Under the pieces are notes generated by a model that saw only the letters and a program-made list of their open reading frames with translations, had not been told where the DNA came from and did not search any database. A stretch of DNA of 42,930 bases from a virus: the UHGV virus genome UHGV-1283594. One strand, written 5' to 3'. The position numbers and the translations under genes are program-made. Shown in pieces: positions 7,635 to 15,073 of the stretch (its first letter is position 1; each line of letters starts with the position of its first letter).

Positions 7635-8078
7635 TTATTTCAGCCTTAATTCAAGCAATTCCTTAGGATATCCTGTGCATTGACAGAACTGGTCCTGAGT
7701 GTATACAGTATAATCTTGCAACATTTCATCTGATATCAAAAGGGAAGCGGCAAACAAATTTGCTTCTCTTTCTATTCCAGATGTAAGCAGTAATGTTTTA
7801 TTTTTTAGAAAAGCACAATTCTCTTTTCTATGTAGTAAAGCATGACCTAATTCGTGTGCTACAACAACCCGAAAAAGTGAACTGTCAGATGGAATATCCT
7901 CATTTATAAAAATCCAACGTTTTCTTTTTAGAAGTTTGTAGTTTCCAGAAATATTGCCTAACGGTAATACTGCGATCTGGATCCCGGCGTACCGTGCAAT
8001 AGTAACAGGATCCCGGCTGCCGGTTAGATGTTCATAGTACCTGATTAAACGACGAATCTTATGATTTACAGTCTCCAA
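7635..8078 (-). CDS. ImmA/IrrE-family zinc metallopeptidase (repressor-cleaving antirepressor protease)
   Basis: HEXXH motif VVAHELGHALLH, size 147 aa. Lies immediately downstream of and co-oriented with the XRE repressor (ImmR/ImmA arrangement). Confidence 0.8.
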   Translation of the reverse strand: METVNHKIRRLIRYYEHLTGSRDPVTIARYAGIQIAVLPLGNISGNYKLLKRKRWIFINEDIPSDSSLFRVVVAHELGHALLHRKENCAFLKNKTLLLTSGIEREANLFAASLLISDEMLQDYTVYTQDQFCQCTGYPKELLELRLK

Positions 8079-8088
8079 ACGGCGTCAC

Positions 8089-8505
8089 CTACTTTTTATT
8101 CTTATTTGGATTGTATTTCACTTTGTTTTCTTTTTTAGTTTCTCTAAGGGCGTATTCAATGGCATTCTGAAGTAGGCTTAGGGAAGCATTATCAATTTCT
8201 ACGCCATTGTAGTATAGAGGACCGTCATCACCTTTACGAATTTCACCCATAATACGGTCTAAATCCTTTTTTATATCTCGTTCATCTCTGGCATTGAGTT
8301 CCGTGTGCTCTTCGCTATCGCCATTAAGTAGATAATCCATTGTAACATTAAAGTATTTAGCAACAGCATTTAACTTATCAGCATTAGGAGTGGATTTATC
8401 CCATTTTACGATTGTACTATTGCCAAAACCCAACTCTGACTCAAGCGCAGGTAAACTAATACCACGTTCTTGCGCAAGGGCTTTTACTCGGTCTTTGAGT
8501 GTCAT
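8089..8505 (-). CDS. XRE-family HTH repressor (cI-like lysogeny repressor, ImmR-like)
   Basis: N-terminal HTH (LAQERGISLPALESELGFGNSTIVKWDKS) plus C-terminal dimerization region. Divergent from the cro-like gene. An operator-rich intergenic region lies upstream. Confidence 0.85.
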   Translation of the reverse strand: MTLKDRVKALAQERGISLPALESELGFGNSTIVKWDKSTPNADKLNAVAKYFNVTMDYLLNGDSEEHTELNARDERDIKKDLDRIMGEIRKGDDGPLYYNGVEIDNASLSLLQNAIEYALRETKKENKVKYNPNKNKK

Positions 8506-8509
8506 AATA

Positions 8510-9029
8510 GTCCCCTTTCAAATACGAGAAAAAAATCTCGAAAAAGTATTGACAAAAAGAAAATATTCTCGTATAGTAAGGAGTGTAAAGAGAAAACATT
8601 CTCGTGCAATGATGATCAGTCGATAAACGCCAATTTAAAAGACTGGATTTAAGAGAATATATTCATATTGCCTATTTGTATAATAGAATATTTTCTCACA
8701 AAAGTCAATATAAGAATGAGAATATTTTCTCTAACAAAGTACATGGGATGAAATCTCAACCCATAAAAATTCCACCGTACAGCGAATACGGTGGAATACA
8801 TGCAGACCTACAAGATTGTTTACGAGTGACGGCTAATTACTTAGCCAGGATATACAGCGCAGGGCTGTCTTCTCCTACGAAATAGGACATGGACAAAAGT
8901 CTATATCCTTTAGCTAAAAGAGTTTGGACCTTTTCAGCTGAATAGGTATATTTTTTCTTTATGGCATTCACCTCCCTCTCGCGGAGGTGTTAGGCCTGCA
9001 TGTACATCATAACACAAGGAGGTGGAACC
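8510..9029. promoter_or_regulatory. Repressor/cro intergenic switch region with repeated 14-bp operators (GAGAAnAnnTTCTC), a plus-strand promoter and a hairpin
   Basis: Operator-like inverted repeats at 8526-8542 (CGAGAAAAAAATCTCG), 8557-8571, 8590-8605 (GAGAAAACATTCTCG), 8653-8666, 8686-8699 and 8718-8731 (GAGAATATTTTCTC). TTGACA (8547-8552), 17-nt spacer, TATAGT (8570-8575). Hairpin CACCTCC-ctctcgc-GGAGGTG at about 8969-8990 just upstream of the cro RBS. Confidence 0.5.
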
Positions 9030-9212
9030 GTGATATACGACAATGTAAAAAAGCTTTGCGATCAAAAGGGAATTTCCATTTGGCGCCTTGAAAGGGATCT
9101 TGGATTTTCTAATCGCAGTGTTAGCAAATGGAATAACAATGAGCCCGGTATCCGCAAAGTTCAGAAAGTAGCGGACTACTTGGGAGTGCCCATTGAGAAG
9201 CTGTTGAAGTAG
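9030..9212 (+). CDS. Cro-like XRE-family HTH protein (61 aa from the GTG start)
   Basis: HTH KKLCDQKGISIWRLERDLGFSNRSVSKWNNN. Start GTG 9030 chosen because AGGAGG (9017-9022) is 7 nt upstream. The track start at 9000 lacks an RBS. Confidence 0.7.
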   Translation: MIYDNVKKLCDQKGISIWRLERDLGFSNRSVSKWNNNEPGIRKVQKVADYLGVPIEKLLK

Positions 9213-9215
9213 GAG

Positions 9216-9419
9216 GTGAGAGAGGTGAAATCATTCAAGCTAAAAACTCTTGAATTGGATTTAGAAAAAAAGGCCCTGACGATCAATGGAAAATCCGTTT
9301 CCACAACTGGACTGACGGATTTCTCTTTATCAATAGGGCCGGACGGAACCTGGATTTTATCTGGAAAGAAAGATTTGCTTATGGAGTTTTTCGAAGAGTC
9401 TCCTGTGCCAGATTTATGA
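9216..9419 (+). CDS. Hypothetical early protein, 67 aa
   Basis: RBS GGAGGTGAGAGAG precedes the ATG. Co-transcribed with the cro-like gene. No recognisable motif. Confidence 0.4.
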   Translation: MREVKSFKLKTLELDLEKKALTINGKSVSTTGLTDFSLSIGPDGTWILSGKKDLLMEFFEESPVPDL

Positions 9420-9798
9420 TTCCCGGAAGCACGGATGTCATTGCTGTGGTTGCTATTGTAGCCATTTGCTCTATGCTGGCGCTTCCTGCAACGCCGATAA
9501 AACTTTGAAGTATTTTGAATACTTTAGGTATTCTCATATTGGCGAGAAGTGCGTGAGCCTCCGGCATGATGTCTATAAAAGAGAAGCCACCATCTGGATG
9601 AAGCTTTCCGTGATAGAAAAAGCCAGACAGATAGAGTTGCTGACAGTGGTAGGCAAGTTCCTCAGATGTGTATTCAGTAAGCCGTGAGTCTTCTTGGAGA
9701 TCTTCCATAGATTCGAAGTGATAAGTGGTATTTGCGTCCTGAACAGTTTCTTCGAAAACTTCAAGTAAATCACGGATACATTTAGGGTTCAGTTTCAT
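9379..9798 (-). CDS. DUF2513-like hypothetical protein (139 aa), oriented opposite to the early operon
   Basis: N-terminus MKLNPKCIRDLLEVFEE resembles the MKLN.DCIRDIL..IEE start I recall for DUF2513 proteins of Firmicute phages. RBS AAAGGAG. Overlaps convergently with the 3' end of the 9216-9419 ORF. Confidence 0.45.
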   Translation of the reverse strand: MKLNPKCIRDLLEVFEETVQDANTTYHFESMEDLQEDSRLTEYTSEELAYHCQQLYLSGFFYHGKLHPDGGFSFIDIMPEAHALLANMRIPKVFKILQSFIGVAGSASIEQMATIATTAMTSVLPGIINLAQETLRKTP

Positions 9799-10003
9799 GC
9801 ATAACTCCTTTCGAAAAGATGTTTGGTATTGGCAAATACAAGTATATGGTGAAAGAAGTGGAAAAGCAATAGAGGGAAGGAGTGAGAAAGTGAAAAAAAC
9901 TTAATCCGTATCGAGAACCACGGAAGATCTGCCATTGGAGCCAGATTAATAGCAACAAGTACATGCTCCAAGGCATACAGATGAAGAGAGAGGGGTGGTG
10001 ATA

Positions 10004-10159
10004 TTGAAAGAGATTACTTTTACCAATCATGTAAGGATTGGAGAACAGAGATTGCTTCTGGATGAACTTCCGGAGGAACAGAGACGAGATATTGTTAACA
10101 GCATCTGCTACAGATCGCTTTTGACAATTCCTAATACAGAAGTGATCCAGACCGCCTGA
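10004..10159 (+). CDS. Hypothetical 51-aa protein (TTG start)
   Basis: GGGGTGGTGA RBS 5 nt before the TTG. LKEITFTNHVRIGEQRLLLDELPEEQRRDIVNSICYRSLLTIPNTEVIQTA. Not in the ORF track. Confidence 0.25.
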   Translation: MKEITFTNHVRIGEQRLLLDELPEEQRRDIVNSICYRSLLTIPNTEVIQTA

Positions 10160-10200
10160 GAGCGGCCTTGGTGGACAAGCTTGGAAAGGAGAGAGAAGCA

Positions 10201-10386
10201 ATGGCAAAGATCAAAAACTACAATGGTAGGACAGGCATGGAGCTGTCTTATGTGGCAGTGCAGGCAACCAAACCTAAGAAAAAAGCATGGAACTGGGTAG
10301 GTATCGCTGAGACGGTTGTTGCAGGCGGTATCTGGGCGGTGGTCCTGATGATGCTTGGGGCTGCGCTTGCGGTCCAGGTGCTGTGA
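10201..10386 (+). CDS. Small membrane protein (61 aa) with a C-terminal TM helix
   Basis: RBS GGAAAGGAGAGAG before ATG 10201. C-terminus GIAETVVAGGIWAVVLMMLGAALAVQVL is hydrophobic. Confidence 0.35.
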   Translation: MAKIKNYNGRTGMELSYVAVQATKPKKKAWNWVGIAETVVAGGIWAVVLMMLGAALAVQVL

Positions 10387-10583
10387 TGGCTGTGCGGGAA
10401 GACCAGTGCGGTACCTGCATCAGGAAGAACCGGTGCATGGGGAGAAGTCGCTTACAGGCATGCAGAGGCTACATAAAAAAGGACCCAGGCAGCGGCAACT
10501 GCGGAAGGTCCGGTAAGAAAAATAAATCACACCCTCATTATACGGAGGGAGAAGGAGAAATGCAAGATGGCAATGAAAATTAA
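10383..10583 (+). CDS. Cys-rich small protein (66 aa), translationally coupled (GTGATG overlaps the upstream TGA)
   Basis: CGTC...C...C...C spacing suggests metal binding. No independent RBS. Overlaps the start of the ATPase gene. Confidence 0.25.
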   Translation: MMAVREDQCGTCIRKNRCMGRSRLQACRGYIKKDPGSGNCGRSGKKNKSHPHYTEGEGEMQDGNEN

Positions 10584-11832
10584 CAAGCTTGAGATTGAGA
10601 ACGTCAAGCGTGTAAAGGCAGTAAAGATCGAACCGACAGCAAATGGGCTTACGATCATTGGTGGAAACAACAACCAGGGCAAGACCTCTGTCCTGGATGC
10701 GATCGCCTGGGCTTTAGGCGGGGACAAATACCGTCCGTCCCAGGCTCAGAGGGAAGGCTCCGTGATCCCACCAAACCTTCATATAGTCATGAGCAATGGT
10801 CTGGTAGTGGAACGCAAGGGTAAGAACAGCACGTTAAAGGTAACAGATCCACAGGGACAGAAGGCCGGGCAGCAGCTTTTGAATGAGTTTGTGGAACAGC
10901 TGGCACTGGACCTTCCGAAATTTATGGAGGCTTCTGACAAGGAAAAGGCAGGTATCCTGTTAAACATCATCGGTGTAGGAGACCAGCTGGCCCAGTTGGA
11001 AAAGGAAGAAAAGGAACTTTACAGTGAGCGTACCTATGTGGGGCGCACGGCAGACCAGAAAGAGAAGTATGCAAAAGAACAGCCTTATTATCCGGATGTC
11101 CCGACAGTCCCAGTCTCAGCAGCGGAACTGATCCGCAAACAGCAAGAGATCCTGGCACAGAACGGGGAAAACCAGAGAAAGCGTGAAAGACGCCACCAGC
11201 TGGAGCAGGAGATGCAGCGTGTCACGGATCAGATCCAGGAGCTTTTAAGGAAGCAGGCAGAGCTGGAAGCGGATCTTAAGATCGCCCGGTCGACCAGTGA
11301 GAACCTGCAGGATGAGTCTACCGCAGAACTGGAACGAAACATTGCAGAAGTGGAAGAGACCAACCGGAAAGTACGGGCCAACCTGGACAAAGACAAGGCA
11401 GAAGAAGATGCCAGGGGATACCGGGAACAGTACAATGCACTGACCGGAAAGATCCAGGAGGTACGGGATAAAAAGCTGGAACTGTTAAAGAAAGCAGATC
11501 TGCCGCTTCCAGGACTGACGGTTGAGGATGGGGAACTGGTCTACAATGGTCAGAAATGGGACAACATGTCCGGATCCGAACAGCTTAAGGTATCTACCGC
11601 GATCGTACGCCGGTTAAATCCGAACTGTGGCTTTGTGCTCATGGACAAACTGGAACAGATGGACCTGCATACCCTTCAGGAGTTTGGAAAGTGGCTGGAG
11701 GCAGAAGGTCTCCAGGCGATCGCTACCAGGGTATCTACGGGGGACGAGTGCAGCATTATCATCGAAGACGGGTATGTGGTAGGACAACCGCACACCGAAG
11801 AAAAGAAAGAATGGAAAGCAGGTGTTTTTTAA
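10567..11832 (+). CDS. SMC/RecF/SbcC-like AAA ATPase with a central coiled coil (phage recombination/repair ATPase)
   Basis: Walker A GGNNNQGKTS. Long coiled-coil middle. C-terminal signature SGSEQ and Walker B FVLMDKLEQMD. Confidence 0.75.
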   Translation: MAMKINKLEIENVKRVKAVKIEPTANGLTIIGGNNNQGKTSVLDAIAWALGGDKYRPSQAQREGSVIPPNLHIVMSNGLVVERKGKNSTLKVTDPQGQKAGQQLLNEFVEQLALDLPKFMEASDKEKAGILLNIIGVGDQLAQLEKEEKELYSERTYVGRTADQKEKYAKEQPYYPDVPTVPVSAAELIRKQQEILAQNGENQRKRERRHQLEQEMQRVTDQIQELLRKQAELEADLKIARSTSENLQDESTAELERNIAEVEETNRKVRANLDKDKAEEDARGYREQYNALTGKIQEVRDKKLELLKKADLPLPGLTVEDGELVYNGQKWDNMSGSEQLKVSTAIVRRLNPNCGFVLMDKLEQMDLHTLQEFGKWLEAEGLQAIATRVSTGDECSIIIEDGYVVGQPHTEEKKEWKAGVF

Positions 11833-13002
11833 ATGGAGATCATCAGAGGAAAACAGCCGGGAGCAAAGAAGACCGTGATCTACGGTCCGGAAGGGATCGG
11901 GAAGTCTACACTGGCTTCCTGCTTCCCGGATCCGCTGTTCATTGATACAGAAGGTTCCACCAGGGATATGGATATCGCGCGTACCAAAGAGCCAAGCAGC
12001 TGGATGATGCTCATGGAGCAGGTCATGTATGTAAAGAACCATCCGGATATCTGCAAGACCCTGGTCATTGATACGGCGGACTGGGCTGAGATGCTCTGCA
12101 TTTCCCAGATATGTGATAAGAACCACAAGAGCAGCATTGAGGAGTTTGGATATGGAAAAGGGTATACCTATGTCCAGGAAGAGTTCGGACGCCTTTTAAA
12201 CCTGCTCACGGAAGTGGTCAAGGCAGGCGTGAACGTGGTCCTTACAGCCCATGCAAAGATGCGCAAGTTTGAACAGCCGGATGAGCTGGGAGCTTATGAC
12301 CGCTGGGAGATGAAGCTGAGTAAAGGCGTAGCGCCCATGGTAAAAGAGTGGGCAGACATGGTACTGTTTGCGAATTATAAGACCATGGTGGTGAACGTGG
12401 ACGGCCAGGGAGCCCAGAAGGGGAAAAACAAAGCTCAGGGCGGAAAACGTGTCATGTATACCACCCACCACAGCTGCTGGGACGCAAAGAACCGCTACAG
12501 CCTTCCGGATGAAGTGCCTTTTACATATGAGAGCATCCGGCAGATCCTGGAACCGGGAACAGCCCCGGCAGAGGAGAAGCAGGAGGTAAAACAGCCAGAC
12601 CCTGTACAGGAAACACCACAAGCACCACCTGTCAGACCGGCAGAAACGGTAAAACATCCGGAGACAGCTAGTAGTAACAAGGGCAATGAAAAACCTGCAG
12701 AAGAAAAGAAAGGCATTGCGCCTGTGGAGGGCAGCAAAGGGGATGTAAAGCCGGATGGAAGATCGGCACTGGATCCACGTCTCCCCAAGAGACTGCGGGA
12801 CCTGATGATCGCCAATGATGTGTGCGAATGGGATATACAGAACGTATGTGAAGCCAAGGGATATGTACCGGTGGATACGCCTCTTTACATGTATGAAGAG
12901 GTCAATCCGGGCTTTGTGGACGGCGTTCTGGTAGGTGCCTGGGACCAGGTGTATGCGGCGATCAGGGAAATGAAAGAAAAGGATTCTTTAGTATTTAATT
13001 AA
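11833..13002 (+). CDS. RecA-like NTPase (AAA_24 family phage ATPase) with a Pro/Glu-rich linker and C-terminal domain
   Basis: Walker A IYGPEGIGKST. Walker B LVIDTADW. Position between the SMC-like ATPase and the DUF669-like/helicase genes is canonical. Confidence 0.75.
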   Translation: MEIIRGKQPGAKKTVIYGPEGIGKSTLASCFPDPLFIDTEGSTRDMDIARTKEPSSWMMLMEQVMYVKNHPDICKTLVIDTADWAEMLCISQICDKNHKSSIEEFGYGKGYTYVQEEFGRLLNLLTEVVKAGVNVVLTAHAKMRKFEQPDELGAYDRWEMKLSKGVAPMVKEWADMVLFANYKTMVVNVDGQGAQKGKNKAQGGKRVMYTTHHSCWDAKNRYSLPDEVPFTYESIRQILEPGTAPAEEKQEVKQPDPVQETPQAPPVRPAETVKHPETASSNKGNEKPAEEKKGIAPVEGSKGDVKPDGRSALDPRLPKRLRDLMIANDVCEWDIQNVCEAKGYVPVDTPLYMYEEVNPGFVDGVLVGAWDQVYAAIREMKEKDSLVFN

Positions 13003-13019
13003 TGAGGAGGATGAAAGAA

Positions 13020-13469
13020 ATGGCAGATTTAGGAAAAGAGATCGGCTGGGATGATGCGATCGAGAACGAGGGGACTGAGTTCGAGCCCCTTCCGGAAGGA
13101 ACATATGAATTTACAGTGGCATCCATGGAACGCGCCCATTTCGGAGGAAGCGAGAAGATGGCACCCTGCAACATGGCGAACCTGGACCTTCTGATCAAGG
13201 ATAAGGACGGCAAGGAACACCATGTATTTGACAGCCTGTACCTGAACTCAAAGGCAGAGTGGAGACTGAGCCAGTTCTTCTTATGCATTGGACAGAAGAA
13301 GAAAGGGGAAGCACTGCGGCCTAACTGGAATGAAGTGCCATGCTCTACCGGCAAGGTGGAAGTCATGATCAATGAATATGTGGACAAGAACGGCAATAAG
13401 CGCAGGAATAACCGTGTCAGCCGTTATCTGGAGTATGAACCAAAGCAGTTTAAGGCGGGTGTGTTCTAA
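13020..13469 (+). CDS. DUF669-like phage protein (possible ssDNA-binding/annealing accessory), 149 aa
   Basis: The AAA_24 - small protein - helicase gene order is conserved in Firmicute phages. Start ATG 13020 has GAGGAGG 9 nt upstream. Confidence 0.5.
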   Translation: MADLGKEIGWDDAIENEGTEFEPLPEGTYEFTVASMERAHFGGSEKMAPCNMANLDLLIKDKDGKEHHVFDSLYLNSKAEWRLSQFFLCIGQKKKGEALRPNWNEVPCSTGKVEVMINEYVDKNGNKRRNNRVSRYLEYEPKQFKAGVF

Positions 13470-15059
13470 ATGGAATTGAGACCGTATCAGGCAGAAGCGA
13501 AAGCAGCCGTATTTGAGCAGTGGGATAAGGGTTCATTGAAGACCCTTTTGGTACTGCCCACCGGCTGCGGAAAGACCATCGTGTTTGCAAAAGTCGCAGA
13601 AGACTGTGTGCGTCAAGGATACAGGGTACTGATCCTGGCGCACCGGGGCGAGCTCCTGGAACAGGCTGCGGATAAGATCAAGAAGAGCACGAACCTGGGA
13701 TGTGCGACAGAAAAAGCAGAGCAGACCTGTCTGGGGAGCTGGTTCCGGATCACAGTAGGCTCTGTACAGTCCATGCAGCGTGAAAAGAGACTGTCCCAGT
13801 TTTCAGAGGATTATTTCAATGTGATCATCATTGATGAGGCCCATCACTGCATATCAGACGGATACCAGAAGGTGCTGCAGCATTTCCCATCTGCAAAAGT
13901 CCTGGGAGTGACTGCAACGCCGGACCGTGGCGACATGCGCAACCTGGGAGAATTTTTTGAGAGCCTGGCTTATGAATATACCCTTCCGAAAGCGATCCGG
14001 GAGGGTTATCTATCCCCGATCAAGGCCATGACAATCCCGCTGCAGCTGGATCTGTCCGGGGTATCCATCCAGTCCGGTGATTTTAAAGCCGGTGACATTG
14101 CAACAGCCCTGGATCCGTATCTGCACCAGATCGCGGACGAGATGATGAAATACTGCAGGGACCGAAAGACGGTCGTGTTCCTTCCACTGGTAAAGACCAG
14201 CCAGAAGTTCAAAGAGATCCTGAATGAAAAGGGATTTAAGGCTGCGGAAGTCAATGGTGAGAGCAAAGACCGTACAGAAGTCCTGAAAGCCTTTGATAAA
14301 GGGGAATACAACGTCCTGTGCAATTCCATGCTGCTGACGGAAGGCTGGGACTGTCCGTCCGTTGACTGTGTGATCGTGCTGCGTCCAACAAAGGTGCGCA
14401 GCCTTTACAGCCAGATGGTAGGACGCGGGACCAGACTGTGTGAAGGAAAGAGCTATCTATTGCTCTTGGATTTTCTCTGGCATACAGAACGCCATGAGCT
14501 CTGTCATCCGGCGGACCTGATCTGTGAGAAGAAGGAAGTGGCCCGGAAGATGACGGAAAACCTGGAAGAAACAGCCGGATGCCCTATGGATCTGGAAGAG
14601 GCTGAGAGAAAAGCATCGGAAGATGTGATCGCAGAAAGGGAAGAATCCCTGGCAAAACAGCTCCAGGAGATGCGTACCAGAAAGAAGAAACTGGTGGATC
14701 CATTACAGTTTGAGATGAGCATACAGGCGGAAGACCTGTCCGGTTATGTCCCGGCTTTTGGCTGGGAGATGGCACCGCCTTCTGATAAACAGAAACAGGA
14801 ACTGGAAAAGAGAGGGATCCTTCCGGATGAGATCGACAATGCAGGAAAGGCAAACCTGATCCTGGACCGTCTGCATAAACGGCAGGAGGAAGGCCTTACC
14901 ACACCGAAGCAGATCCGGTGCCTGGAAAAATATGGTTTCCAGCATGTAGGGACATGGACGTTTGAAGCAGGAAAGAACATGATCGACAGGATCGCTGCGT
15001 GCGGCTGGAGAGGAGCCCCAAGAGGTGTGGACCCAAGAAATTATGTACCTGAAAGTTAA
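13470..15059 (+). CDS. SF2 DEAD/DEAH-box helicase (ResIII-like)
   Basis: Motif I LPTGCGKT. Motif II IIIDEAHH. Motif III GVTATPDR. Motif VI QMVGRGTR. Confidence 0.85.
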   Translation: MELRPYQAEAKAAVFEQWDKGSLKTLLVLPTGCGKTIVFAKVAEDCVRQGYRVLILAHRGELLEQAADKIKKSTNLGCATEKAEQTCLGSWFRITVGSVQSMQREKRLSQFSEDYFNVIIIDEAHHCISDGYQKVLQHFPSAKVLGVTATPDRGDMRNLGEFFESLAYEYTLPKAIREGYLSPIKAMTIPLQLDLSGVSIQSGDFKAGDIATALDPYLHQIADEMMKYCRDRKTVVFLPLVKTSQKFKEILNEKGFKAAEVNGESKDRTEVLKAFDKGEYNVLCNSMLLTEGWDCPSVDCVIVLRPTKVRSLYSQMVGRGTRLCEGKSYLLLLDFLWHTERHELCHPADLICEKKEVARKMTENLEETAGCPMDLEEAERKASEDVIAEREESLAKQLQEMRTRKKKLVDPLQFEMSIQAEDLSGYVPAFGWEMAPPSDKQKQELEKRGILPDEIDNAGKANLILDRLHKRQEEGLTTPKQIRCLEKYGFQHVGTWTFEAGKNMIDRIAACGWRGAPRGVDPRNYVPES

Positions 15060-15073
15060 GGAGTAAATAGGAA

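Noticed and set aside
8390-8885. Plus-strand ORFs 8390-8626, 8470-8652 and 8676-8885 in the repressor/cro intergenic region
   Set aside because: They overlap the repressor gene or the operator array. They have no RBS and basic low-complexity translations. The region is better explained as regulatory DNA.
12196-12857. Minus-strand ORFs (153 and 120 aa) inside the AAA_24 ATPase gene
   Set aside because: Antisense to a motif-supported gene. Cys/Leu-rich artefactual translations.
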